Origin: an uncultured Planctomycetaceae bacterium
GTDB lineage: Bacteria; Planctomycetota; Planctomycetia; Planctomycetales; Planctomycetaceae
Reading direction: 5' to 3'
DNA: 64,000 nucleotides
NCBI GenBank assembly: GCA_963813715.1
Contig: CAWFAK010000012.1
Location: forward strand, 128,001-192,000
A program made the position numbers and the translations under genes. Below are positions 43,575 through 53,215 of the stretch, piece after piece. The notes beneath the pieces were generated by a model. That model saw only the letters and a list, made by a program, of their open reading frames with translations, did not search any database and was not told where the DNA came from. Position 1 is the first letter of the stretch. Each line of letters starts with the position of its first letter.

Positions 43575-44310
43575 GGGCGGGCTGCGACTTAAGCTGCCGG
43601 CGGCCGAAGAGCAGTCGTTCTTCCGGGGCAGCCAGCCGCAACCGTAGTCGGTCCTGCTGGGAACAGCGCGGCAACGGCCGACTGGCGTCGTACGAGGGCC
43701 AGCCCGAAAACATCGTGCGCCACGCTTCTGTTCGCCGTCGCTGGCGGATGTGGATCGGATCGAAGCCGTACCAGGCAAGCGGCTGATCGATGAGCCGGGC
43801 GGAAAACCGTGTAGCCAGCCCCGCCAGCGCGTCATCCATCCCCCGCGCACGCTGGAGCATCTCGGGCCAGCTCACGCGCGTCTTCGGGAAAAAGAAGAAG
43901 CGGGTCGAATGATACCGCAGCGCCGAGAGCCGCTCGATACTGGCCAGCGGCAATCGGGTGACGACCAGTTCGGGCTTGTAAGCAGACAGCGCGGTCAAGC
44001 ACGTGACCAGATGCCGCTCGAGCACGTCGGCCGCCGAACCGTAGATCAGGTCGTTGCCGATGTCCGTGAGGAGAGCCAGCGTGCGGGCCGGTCGCTCGGC
44101 GACTACCCGTTCCAGATCGGCCCACAGTCCGCAGCGGTCAATGCCCGGCAGTCGGCGGGCGAGCACGCGGCTCCACGTGCAGTACGAACGGCCGTGGCCG
44201 AACGCGGCGAACAGCTCCAGTGGCCCGGGCAGCCCGGCCGACAACTGCCGCACGATCTGCGGGAAGGCGATCGCGATGTTGCTGGCACCGAGCAGGACGA
44301 CGCGAGTCAT
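43540..44310 (-). CDS. Hypothetical protein, SGNH-hydrolase-like
   Basis: VVLLGASN, TDIGND and FDPIH blocks resemble the SGNH motifs. Confidence 0.65.
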   Translation of the reverse strand: MTRVVLLGASNIAIAFPQIVRQLSAGLPGPLELFAAFGHGRSYCTWSRVLARRLPGIDRCGLWADLERVVAERPARTLALLTDIGNDLIYGSAADVLERHLVTCLTALSAYKPELVVTRLPLASIERLSALRYHSTRFFFFPKTRVSWPEMLQRARGMDDALAGLATRFSARLIDQPLAWYGFDPIHIRQRRRTEAWRTMFSGWPSYDASRPLPRCSQQDRLRLRLAAPEERLLFGRRQLKSQPALTWNGVSLHLY

Positions 44311-44332
44311 TGGAGCCGAGCGGCGAATCGAG

Positions 44333-46153
44333 TTAGCTGCGCTGCGAGCGGTTCTTGCGCTTGCGGTCGGCCTCGGTCAGGCCGATCTTGCGGAGCCGAA
44401 TGACTTTGGGCGTCACCTCGACGTACTCGTCTTCTTCGATGTACTCGAGGGCGGCTTCCAGCGTCATCTCGCGCGGCGGCTTGAGCAGAATGTTTTCGTC
44501 CGAACCCGAGGCCCGCATGTTGGTCAGCTTCTTCTCGCGGACCGGGTTGACGACCATGTCCCCTTCGCGCGAGTTCTCGCCGACGATCATTCCTTCGTAG
44601 ACGTCGTCGCCGGGAGCGACGAACATGTCGGCCCGCTCCTGCAGCTTGCCAAGGGCGAAGGCGACGATCTTGCCCGAATCTTGCGACACGAGCACGCCGT
44701 TGGGGCGCTTGGGCACGTCGCCCTGCATCGGCTTGTAGGACTCGTAGCGGTGATGAATGATCGCCTCGCCGCGGGTCACGTTGAGCAGCTTGGTTCGCAA
44801 GCCGATCAGGCCCCGCGCGGGGATCGAAAACTCCAAGTGCGTCTGCCCGGTTTCGCCGGTCACCATCTCGAGGATTTGTCCGCGGCGCACGCCGACCTGC
44901 TCCATCACCTTGCCCATGTCGGGCGTGGGGACGTCGACCACCAGGATTTCAAACGGCTCGTGCCAGTGCCCCTCGATCCGCTTGCGGATGACCTGCGGCT
45001 TGCCGACCGACAGCTCGTAACCTTCGCGGCGCATCGTCTCGATCAGAATCGACAGGTGCAAGATGCCGCGACCGGAAACGGTGAACGAATCCTTCTCGCC
45101 GGTTTCCTCGACGCGGAGCGCCACGTTCGACTCGAGCTCTCGCAACAGACGCGTGCGGAGGTGGCGGCTCGTGACGTACTTGCCGTCGCGGCCGGCCAGC
45201 GGCGAATTGTTGATCGTAAAGACCATCGAGAGCGTCGGCTCGTCGACGCTGATCCGCTTGAGGGCCGACGGACGCTCGGGACAGGCGACGGTATCGCCGA
45301 TTTCGGGGTCCGGCAGACCGACCAGCGCGACGATGTCGCCCGCATCCGCCTCGGAAACCTCGTTGCGGCCCAGCTTGTCAAACAGCTCGACAGCGGCCAC
45401 TTCACCCCGCTCATGTTTGCCGTCATGACGGATCAGCACGACCTTTTCGCCGCGGTGCATCGTCCCGCTCTGAATGCGTCCGATGGCCACGCGGCCGACG
45501 TACTCGGACCACTCGACGGAAGTGACCATCATCTGCAGCGGGGCCTCGGGCTCGACGTCAGGCCCGGGAATCTTTTGCAGCACGAGATCGAGCAGCGGCT
45601 CCATCAATCCCGAGCGTGCCGCCGGGTCGTGCGAGGCATAACCCTCGCGGCCGCTGGCGTAAACGTAGGGGAAGTCGAGGGCCAATTCATCGGCCCCCAG
45701 CTCGACGAACAGGTCGAACATCTCGGAGAGCACTTCGCCGGGACGGGCGTCCGGGCGGTCGACCTTGTTGATGACCACGATCGGCTGCAGCCCGACCTCG
45801 AGCGCCTTCTTGACCACGTACCGCGTTTGCGGCCGCGGGCCTTCAAACGCGTCGACGAGGATCAGGGCACCGTCAGCCATCGATAGCACGCGCTCGACTT
45901 CGCCGCCGAAGTCGGCGTGGCCCGGCGTGTCGATGATGTTGACCTTCACGCCCTTGTAGACCAGGGCGATGTTCTTGGCGAGGATCGTAATGCCCCGCTC
46001 GCGCTCCAGGTCGTTGGAATCGAGGATGCACTCGCCCGAAAGCTGGGAATCGCGAAATTGCCCGCTTTGACGCAACAGGGCATCGACCAGGGTCGTCTTG
46101 CCGTGGTCGACGTGTGCAATGATGGCGATATTGCGGATATCTGTGCGTCGCAT
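44333..46153 (-). CDS. typA: Translational GTPase TypA/BipA
   Basis: IRNIAIIAHVDHGKTTLVD, DTPGHADFGGEVER, GRGILHL and KKLTNMRASGSD. Confidence 0.97.
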   Translation of the reverse strand: MRRTDIRNIAIIAHVDHGKTTLVDALLRQSGQFRDSQLSGECILDSNDLERERGITILAKNIALVYKGVKVNIIDTPGHADFGGEVERVLSMADGALILVDAFEGPRPQTRYVVKKALEVGLQPIVVINKVDRPDARPGEVLSEMFDLFVELGADELALDFPYVYASGREGYASHDPAARSGLMEPLLDLVLQKIPGPDVEPEAPLQMMVTSVEWSEYVGRVAIGRIQSGTMHRGEKVVLIRHDGKHERGEVAAVELFDKLGRNEVSEADAGDIVALVGLPDPEIGDTVACPERPSALKRISVDEPTLSMVFTINNSPLAGRDGKYVTSRHLRTRLLRELESNVALRVEETGEKDSFTVSGRGILHLSILIETMRREGYELSVGKPQVIRKRIEGHWHEPFEILVVDVPTPDMGKVMEQVGVRRGQILEMVTGETGQTHLEFSIPARGLIGLRTKLLNVTRGEAIIHHRYESYKPMQGDVPKRPNGVLVSQDSGKIVAFALGKLQERADMFVAPGDDVYEGMIVGENSREGDMVVNPVREKKLTNMRASGSDENILLKPPREMTLEAALEYIEEDEYVEVTPKVIRLRKIGLTEADRKRKNRSQRS

Positions 46154-46599
46154 GGAATCTCAGAACTCGTGCTAGGGAAAGATCTTACGGGGCGGGCCGC
46201 CTAGGGAGGCACGGGCATGAGCCGGCCGCAGCTGCGGCCTAGGGCTTCAAAATTCCCGTGTCACAATCTCCCCGACAGAAGGAACCCAGCCGCCCGCTCA
46301 GACCCAACGGCTCGACCGAAGCCCGGTCAAACCGATGGTTGTTCGCTGCAGCGTAAGCTGATTCTAGGGCGCGGAGCCGCAGAAGTGTAGCAGCCAACGG
46401 TCTTTCCACAAGAGGGATCCGTTGTGAAGAAGCTGTTAAAGCCCGGCGTTTCACCGCCAAAGCGAGCCCGGCCCAGCGAGAGGCTGCCGCCCCAGACAGC
46501 CGCCGGCTCCATCTTCTTTCTCTCTCTTTACTTCTTACCTTCGCCCCAAGAGCGTACCAGCCGCATCCAAGCCGCTTCCTCCATCCCGAGCGTGGCGGC

Positions 46600-46703
46600 A
46601 AAAAAACTCCCCGCGGTGAGGCCGCCTGAACGACTGCTGCTGCGGGGCGGGTGGGTCCAGTTGTGTGACAGCAGCCGCTCAGGCGAATCTCACTCGCGGG
46701 GAG
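46600..46703 (-). terminator. Long imperfect hairpin followed by a U-tract, downstream of the S41 protease
   Basis: CTCCCCGCG-GTGAG..CGCCTGA..CTGCTG pairs with CAGCAG..TCAGGCG..CTCAC-T-CGCGGGGAG; the A7 run at 46600-46606 reads as U7 on the minus strand. Confidence 0.6.
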
Positions 46704-46738
46704 GCGAATCCCCCCAATTCGTAACTGGTTGTCAGTCT

Positions 46739-48787
46739 TTAGTTGCTGAGGGGTCGCTCCGGTGTCTGCGGGCCGCGGTGACCGCCGGCCGCTTGGGCCA
46801 ACTCGAGGGCTCGCTGGCTGGTGGCCGCTTCGATGCCGGCTTGCAGCACACGGTCCGAACCATTGAGGCCTTCGCCTCGGAAGCCGTCGCGTTGTTGTTC
46901 CGCCGCGTACGGATTAGCACCGTGACGGTAGGCCGCCTCGTGATGATGTTCTCCGTCACGCGAGCGCCAATCGTCGCCGTAACCGTACTCCTCGCGGCCG
47001 GAGGGCTCGTGTCGATCGTCTCCCTCCGGGCGGGGCTCACCGTCACGTCGGTATTCACCTTCGTGTCGATGCCGTGCGTGATGGGCCACGCGTTCCGCGT
47101 CGGCATGAATGTCCGGCTCGACGCCGGCGTCGGCCATCACGCGGCCGGTCGGCGAGAAGAATCGAGCGGTCGTCAGCCGCAGATTGCCCGACACGGTCTG
47201 CAGCGGAAAGTGCGTTTGCACCGTCCCCTTGCCGTAAGTCCGCTCGCCGACGATGAGGCCGCGTCCGTTTTCCTGGACGGCCGCCGCGAAAATCTCGCTG
47301 GCGCTGGCGCTGTTTTCGTCCACCAGCACCACGAGCGGCAGCTTCCAGGCATGCTGACGGTTGGCGTACTCGACCGTGTTATCGGAGCTGTCGCGACCGC
47401 GGGTGGAGACAATCGTTCCGGACGGCACGAACTTGTTTGACATCTGAATGGCGGTGGTCAGCAGGCCGCCCGGATTGCCGCGGACGTCGATCACCACCGA
47501 CTTCATTCCTTCGCGATAGAGCTGCCAGAGGGCGCGATCGCACTCTTCCGAGCTGTTCTGCGCGAACTTGTCGAGCTTGATGTAGCCCACGTTGTTGTCG
47601 AGCATTTTGACTTCGCTCACGCTGTGAACTTCGACGCGACGCCGCACCAGCGGAATCTCGGCGACCTTTTCTTCGCGGCGGACGCTCAGCGTGACGCGGC
47701 TGCCCGGCGGACCGGTGATCAGGCTGACGGCCGCGTCCAGCGTTTCGCCGGCGACCGACGTGCCGTTCACCGATTCGATCAAGTCTCCCTTTTGCACGCC
47801 GGCTTCGGCCGCCGGTCCGCCGGGCAGCGCATTGACGACCAGCATGCCGTGTTCGTCCGGCTTGATCTCGACACCCACGCCGACGATGTGATCTTCCAGC
47901 TCGGCACTGGGGCTGGCGTGGTCCATGTTCGGGACGAAGCCCGAGAATTTGTCGAGCGAGTCGGTCGAGCCGTACACGAATTCCAGCACGGCAACGGCCG
48001 GTCGCAAGCCGCCATGCTCCTGAGCGGCCCGCATCGTCCAGCGGAGCGCCTGGTTGGCCTCGTCGCGGCCGCCGATCGGGCGGCAATTGACGAGCTGCTC
48101 GAGGTCCAAACGGAAGGCGGCAACGCGCGACGGATCACCATCGAGCTGGTTGGCGCGGAGGAACGACCGGTTCTCGAGACCTCCGAGGAGGTTTTTCGCC
48201 GCTTGTTTCACTCGCGCGTCGTAGGTCGACGGCTTGAGGTGCCGCGCGTCGATCAGCGTCGAAACTTCGGCGAAGAGCTGCAGCCCCTGCTCAGGAGTGA
48301 GCGACCGCAGCAGATGCACGACGGCCGGGTTGCCGTAGCGAACGGTCAGCTTGCGCTGGATCAGCTCGCGTTCGGGAAGCAGGTCTTCCTCATGCGGGCG
48401 CCGAGGCTCAGACCTGCGGTGCGGCGCGGCTGGAGGAGACATCCGGTCAAATTCCCGGGTGCGGGGGTGATCGGGAGGCAGCGGAATTTCTTGAGGGACC
48501 GGCGGCGTCTCCCCATCTTCGGTGTGGAAGGGGGTGGGGTCTGCGGGCGGCGCACCGGGTCCGAAATTTTCTCCGCGCGGGGAATCATCGCGAGCGACAC
48601 TGCGTACGAGTCTCGAAGGCGGAACGAGTCCAGAAGGCAGAGCGAGTTCAGAGGCCGTGGGGGCGGGTTCAGAGGCCAAGCCAACCGAGATCGACAGGAT
48701 GGCGCCCAGACTGAGCACCAGACCTGTACACCGCCAGACGGCCGACGGCTTTCTCGAGCCGCGCGGCGGTTGAAGGTGATGGACCAT
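46739..48787 (-). CDS. S41 family C-terminal processing peptidase with PDZ domain
   Basis: Signal-like N-terminus; GVGVEIK PDZ, DVRGNPGGLL, SASASEIF and GERTYGKGTVQ. Confidence 0.92.
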   Translation of the reverse strand: MVHHLQPPRGSRKPSAVWRCTGLVLSLGAILSISVGLASEPAPTASELALPSGLVPPSRLVRSVARDDSPRGENFGPGAPPADPTPFHTEDGETPPVPQEIPLPPDHPRTREFDRMSPPAAPHRRSEPRRPHEEDLLPERELIQRKLTVRYGNPAVVHLLRSLTPEQGLQLFAEVSTLIDARHLKPSTYDARVKQAAKNLLGGLENRSFLRANQLDGDPSRVAAFRLDLEQLVNCRPIGGRDEANQALRWTMRAAQEHGGLRPAVAVLEFVYGSTDSLDKFSGFVPNMDHASPSAELEDHIVGVGVEIKPDEHGMLVVNALPGGPAAEAGVQKGDLIESVNGTSVAGETLDAAVSLITGPPGSRVTLSVRREEKVAEIPLVRRRVEVHSVSEVKMLDNNVGYIKLDKFAQNSSEECDRALWQLYREGMKSVVIDVRGNPGGLLTTAIQMSNKFVPSGTIVSTRGRDSSDNTVEYANRQHAWKLPLVVLVDENSASASEIFAAAVQENGRGLIVGERTYGKGTVQTHFPLQTVSGNLRLTTARFFSPTGRVMADAGVEPDIHADAERVAHHARHRHEGEYRRDGEPRPEGDDRHEPSGREEYGYGDDWRSRDGEHHHEAAYRHGANPYAAEQQRDGFRGEGLNGSDRVLQAGIEAATSQRALELAQAAGGHRGPQTPERPLSN

Positions 48788-48971
48788 GACAAACGTCCTT
48801 TGGATTCCCGCGAGGACGCTTCCTGCGTAGTCCCCGCGAGAGTGCTTCGTGCGTGGGCGTCATGCACTCCCGTTTCCTTTTTTTGTTTGACACGTAGTTG
48901 TGTTCGCGCTTCAGACGCGATCAATCAATCGAGCGACAGGACAGATCCCGCTCAGGCGAGATCGGGCCTGC

Positions 48972-49229
48972 TCAAGCGAGATGGGTCTGCGGGGACTCAT
49001 CCGCGCAGGTGACCATGGCCTCGGGCTCCTCGGCCTCGGACGGGCACCAGTTCACTTCGGGGACGGCCGACGGGTCGTGACCGTCGAGCAGCTCGCCGCG
49101 GACGACGCGGACATTGGCCGGCGCTTCGATGCCGATCTTCACGCTGGTGCGTCCGGTGCGGATCACTTTGATTAAGATGTCCTGGCCAACATGTATCGTT
49201 TCAGCTCGTTTTCTTGTGAGTACCAACAT
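48972..49229 (-). CDS. csrA: Carbon storage regulator CsrA
   Basis: MLVLTRK, VKIGIEAP..V.V.RGEL. Confidence 0.92.
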   Translation of the reverse strand: MLVLTRKRAETIHVGQDILIKVIRTGRTSVKIGIEAPANVRVVRGELLDGHDPSAVPEVNWCPSEAEEPEAMVTCADESPQTHLA

Positions 49230-49334
49230 TGATGACTCCCTTCAGCTCCCTGTTTTTGTTTAGCACAGTCGTTCGGATTTGAACTCGGTCCTCACCGGAC
49301 GACTGGGATTGACTGACTACAGGGCTCGCCTTTC

Positions 49335-49350
49335 GCGAAGTCTGTGCCAA
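49335..49350 (-). promoter_or_regulatory. Sigma54 -24/-12 promoter facing csrA
   Basis: TTGGCACAGACTTCGC, with GG-N10-GC spacing. Confidence 0.6.
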
Positions 49351-49547
49351 ACTTGGTCTTTGTGCGTATGTTCAGTAATGGTCTATGTCGTAAGATCAGC
49401 AGAGCCATTTCATTACGTTGTAATGTGGAAGAATTCCGTGAGCGCCGTCGACGCCGTTTTTGCGCTCGATTGCAAAGATTCAATGGTAAGGTCTGCTAGA
49501 CATTCGGTGCGAAGCGTCACAAAAATGAATCGGTGCGCCGCGGATTT

Positions 49548-49583
49548 TGTAAAAAACGCGACACCACTGTTGTAAAAACGCCA
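49548..49583. promoter_or_regulatory. Tandem enhancer (bEBP UAS)-like sites
   Basis: TGT-N10-ACA at 49548-49563 and TGT-N10-CCA at 49568-49583 in an AT-rich spacer. Confidence 0.4.
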
Positions 49584-49667
49584 GTTCGCGGCCTGCTGAT
49601 CTGATACGGAATGACCAGATTAACAAACCTGATTCTCCGGTAGGTCTTCTGATGCCTCCAAAGTCGG

Positions 49668-49683
49668 CGGTACGGGCGTTGCA
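49668..49683 (+). promoter_or_regulatory. Sigma54 -24/-12 promoter facing the Cys-rich gene
   Basis: CGGTACGGGCGTTGCA, with GG-N10-GC spacing and the TTGCA -12 element. Confidence 0.55.
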
Positions 49684-49771
49684 TCTTTGATTCAAGGACT
49701 GCGTGTGAGTTCGAAGTGAAGCACAACGGTCTGCAAAGTCCGGTTTGAATAGACGCCTTTGGAGCGAACAC

Positions 49772-50626
49772 ATGAGGAAAATGCAGTTAGCGGCTTCAGC
49801 GCTGACTTTGGCGGTTCTCGCCTTTGCGGCCCTGCCGCAAGCCCGCGCGGATGTTTACGACTACGGCTACGGTCCGGTTTACAGCAGCTATCCGGCGACG
49901 AGCGGAACCACCTGCCCCAACGGGCAGTGCTCGGGATCCAATTACGCGCCGGCCTACTCGTCATATCCGACTTATGGTGCGACCTGCCCGAACGGTTCCT
50001 GCGGCGTGGGCGGGCTGCCCCAACGGCATGTGCGGCCTGCGCGGCAGTTGCGCCAGTGGCCAGTGCTCCAGCGGGCAGTGTTCCAGCGGCCAATGCGCGA
50101 GTGGCCAGTGCCCGAACGGCCAATGCTCGACGGGCCAGTGCCCCAACGGCCAGGCGCAGTGGGAGCTGTCGCAGCGGACGTTGTGGTTATTGCCCCAACG
50201 GGGATTGTGATCTCCGGCCACTGCAGCGGCAATTGCCCGAACGGCCAGTGCACGACCCGCTATCGCGGGCCCGTCGATTCGCTGAGCCCGCCGAACGCGC
50301 CGCTCTACGATCGGCCCGATTACGGCACGCCGGACGGGCCCCGCGCTCGTCCGATCTACTCGACCGAGCGGCCCGTTTCTCGCGAATATCGCGACAGCGA
50401 CTATCGGGATCGCGAACGTGACAGCGATTATCGTGATCGCGACTACCGGAGCCGCGATGACCGCGATCGGAGCGTTCGTGACGGGGGCTTCCGCGACACT
50501 GGTTACCACGATCGTGACTTCCGCGACCGTGCCTCGCTCGAGCAGCCGGTTTCACATCGCACCTGGCGGACCGACAGCCGACCGCTCAGCCGCGACGGCC
50601 AGATGGAGAGCCCGTTCTATAACTAA
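49772..50626 (+). CDS. Secreted Cys-rich (CxxGQ)n repeat protein with Arg/Asp-rich C-terminus; compensating frameshifts at ~50010-50215
   Basis: GGAG ribosome-binding site; signal peptide ending ARA-D; CPNGQC/CSSGQC repeats across ORFs 49745, 49824 and 49759. Confidence 0.75.
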   Translation: MRKMQLAASALTLAVLAFAALPQARADVYDYGYGPVYSSYPATSGTTCPNGQCSGSNYAPAYSSYPTYGATCPNGSCGVGGLPQRHVRPARQLRQWPVLQRAVFQRPMREWPVPERPMLDGPVPQRPGAVGAVAADVVVIAPTGIVISGHCSGNCPNGQCTTRYRGPVDSLSPPNAPLYDRPDYGTPDGPRARPIYSTERPVSREYRDSDYRDRERDSDYRDRDYRSRDDRDRSVRDGGFRDTGYHDRDFRDRASLEQPVSHRTWRTDSRPLSRDGQMESPFYN

Positions 50627-51115
50627 TGGGTAATGGGCCCGACGTCTCATGGCGTCCGGGTCCGGGTGGCTGGGGTCGGCGTCTCGCCGCTCGACCGAGT
50701 CTCACCGAAGTCCGCCCGCGTCTGCCGCCGCCCAGACTGCCACTGACCCGTCTGCCAGCTCGAAAGGCGTCAGCCGCAAGCCGACCACCTCTTCCCATCA
50801 CCGGTCATAGCCATCTCACATCGCCGGGCATTCCGGCACAGCGACGGGCCGCTGGAAGCTCTTTCGGCGGCCCGTTTTATGTCACCTGCTCTGGCTCTCA
50901 TCTCACTTGCTTTCCCGGCCGGCCTGACTATACTTACCCCTTCGCTTTCGCGGTTAAAGAGCCGCGCACGAAGTCAGCGGTGTCTTCTGTTCTCCGGCGA
51001 CTTGTCGCCGGGGCAGTGACCGCTCACTTCGTCCGCGGCTCGTTCTCTCGGCGAGTCGTCTTGACCGCGAATTGTTCTCACGGCGAATTGTCGGACCGGA
51101 ATAAAGGTTGGCGTC

Positions 51116-51380
51116 ATGTCTCGCGAGTGTGAAATCTGTGGCAAGAAAGCCGTGATGGGTAACCAGGTGACCATGCGCGGCAAGGCGAAGTACCTCGGCG
51201 GCAACGGCCGCAAGACGACGGGCATCTCGCGCCGACAGTTCCGCCCGAATCTGCAGCGGATCCAGGTGCAGGAAGGGGGCTCGGTCGTCACGCGCAAGCG
51301 TCTGCACGCAGTGCATTCGTAGCGGACGCATCGTCAAAGCCGTCGTCCGCAAGCCCTTCACCCTGCCGGCCGCCACATGA
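51116..51380 (+). CDS. rpmB: 50S ribosomal protein L28, frameshifted near 51298
   Basis: MSRECEICGK...RRQFRPNLQ; the shifted frame reads VCTQCIRSGRIVK to TGA 51380. Confidence 0.93.
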
Positions 51381-51679
51381 CCGCGCGGCTGACCCGCGAC
51401 GACGTGGCCAAGGTCGCCCTGCTGGGTCGGCTGAAGCTCTCGGCCGAAGAACTCGAGCGGATGACCTCGCAACTGGGTCGCGTGCTCGAATACGTCGACA
51501 TCCTGAACGAGGTCGACACCCAGTCCGTCGAGCCGCTGGCCCATCCGATTGAATTGGCCAACGTCTTTCGCGAAGACGTCGAACGGCCGTGCCTGTCGCG
51601 CGAGGAGGCGCTGGCCAACGCCCCCAAGACCGACGGCCGCTTCTTCGTCGTGCCGGCCATTCTCGACGTCAACCACTGA
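51377..51679 (+). CDS. gatC: Asp/Glu-tRNA amidotransferase subunit C
   Basis: VAKVALLGRL, LNEVDT, FREDV and LANAP...FFVVPAI; upstream of gatA. Confidence 0.93.
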   Translation: MTARLTRDDVAKVALLGRLKLSAEELERMTSQLGRVLEYVDILNEVDTQSVEPLAHPIELANVFREDVERPCLSREEALANAPKTDGRFFVVPAILDVNH

Positions 51680-51742
51680 CGGACCTGCCTGCAGCGGATC
51701 GTGAAAGGCCGTGCCCAGCGAACGGCCGCAGGACATAACGGC

Positions 51743-53215
51743 ATGTCTCTCCTCGACGCCACGGCTTCGCAGCTGCTTGACTTCATTGCAGCACGAAAGT
51801 CGTCGGCCGTCAGCGTGGCGACCGCATTTCTCGATCAAATCGCGGCGCACGACGCCCGGATCGGCGCGTTCTTGCATGTCGACCGGGAGGGCGCGCTCAA
51901 GCAGGCCGCGTATGTCGACGAAAAGCTCCGTGCCCGCCAGCCGCTGGGGAAACTCGCCGGGCTGCCGATCGCGATTAAAGACGTCGTCTGCACGCGCGGT
52001 CTGCCGACCACCTGCGGCAGCCGCAGCTTGCAGAAGTTCGTGCCCCCCTACGATGCGGAACTGATCCGCCGCCTCCGCGCGGCCGACGCCGTGATCCTGG
52101 GCAAGACGAACATGGACGAGTTCGCGATGGGCTCGTCCACTGAGAATTCGGCCTTTCAGATCACGCGAAATCCCTGGGATACGGAGCGGACGCCGGGCGG
52201 ATCGAGCGGCGGATCGGCGGCCGCGGTGGCTGCGGCTATGGCGCCCCTGGCCATCGGCAGCGACACGGGCGGCTCGATCCGGCAGCCGGCAGCGTTTTGC
52301 GGCGTCGTCGGGATGAAGCCGACCTACGGACGCGTGTCGCGTTACGGATTGGTGGCGTTCGCCAGTTCGCTCGATCAGTTGGGGCCGTTCGCGTCCGACG
52401 TGGCGGGAGCCGCCGCGCTCTTGGAAGTGATCGCCGGCCACGACCCGCGCGATTCGACGTCGGTCGATCACCCCGTTCCCGACTATCGCCGCACGCTCGA
52501 GCGGCCGCTGTCGCCGCTCCGCATCGGCCTCGCCTCCGAGCACTTTGCCGAAGGGCTGGATGCGGAAGTGGCGGCCAGCGTGCGCCGGGCGGCGGACGTC
52601 TATCGCTCATTCGGCGCCGAAATCGTCGACGTCACCCTGCCCCACTCCAAGTACGGCGTGGCCGCCTATTACCTGATCGCTCCATCCGAGGCGGCCAGCA
52701 ACCTGGCCCGCTACGACGGCGTGCACTACGGACATCGGGCCGAAAAGTTCGACGGCCTGATCGACATGTACGCCACGTCGCGCGGTGAGGCGTTCGGGCC
52801 CGAGGTCAAGCGGCGGATCATGCTGGGCAACTACGCCCTCTCGGCCGGCTACTACGACGCCTACTATCTCAAGGCACTCAAAGTCCGCCGCCTGATCCGC
52901 CAGGATTTCGACCGCGCGTTCGAGAAGTGCGACGTGCTGCTTTCGCCCGTCGCCCCCACGCCCGCTTTCAAAGTCGGCGAGCTGGTGAACGATCCGCTGG
53001 CGATGTATCTCTCCGACATCTACACACTGAGCGCGAACCTGGCGGGACTACCCGGCATTTCGCTGCCCGGCGGACAGAGCTCCACCGGCCTGCCGATCGG
53101 CATTCAGCTTCTCGGCCCGCCGTTCGCGGAAGAAACGCTGCTGCGTGCCGCGCGGATGTTCGAGCGGGAGACGCCCTGGCACATACAACGCCCGTCACTG
53201 GCGGTGGCGCCATGA
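51743..53215 (+). CDS. gatA: Asp/Glu-tRNA amidotransferase subunit A
   Basis: [37 protein letters not shown] and EVKRRIMLG. Confidence 0.96.
   Translation: MSLLDATASQLLDFIAARKSSAVSVATAFLDQIAAHDARIGAFLHVDREGALKQAAYVDEKLRARQPLGKLAGLPIAIKDVVCTRGLPTTCGSRSLQKFVPPYDAELIRRLRAADAVILGKTNMDEFAMGSSTENSAFQITRNPWDTERTPGGSSGGSAAAVAAAMAPLAIGSDTGGSIRQPAAFCGVVGMKPTYGRVSRYGLVAFASSLDQLGPFASDVAGAAALLEVIAGHDPRDSTSVDHPVPDYRRTLERPLSPLRIGLASEHFAEGLDAEVAASVRRAADVYRSFGAEIVDVTLPHSKYGVAAYYLIAPSEAASNLARYDGVHYGHRAEKFDGLIDMYATSRGEAFGPEVKRRIMLGNYALSAGYYDAYYLKALKVRRLIRQDFDRAFEKCDVLLSPVAPTPAFKVGELVNDPLAMYLSDIYTLSANLAGLPGISLPGGQSSTGLPIGIQLLGPPFAEETLLRAARMFERETPWHIQRPSLAVAP

Noticed and set aside
46240..46600. tmRNA, 6S or RNase P RNA in the typA-S41 spacer
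   Set aside because: No tRNA-like ends, tag frame or conserved signature recognised.
49230..49771. CsrB-like small RNA next to csrA
   Set aside because: Too few repeated GGA hairpins and no clear terminator.
50040..50530. Short periodic DNA repeats as a CRISPR array
   Set aside because: They are coding repeats (CxxGQ, RD) with synonymous variation; no spacers and no cas genes.
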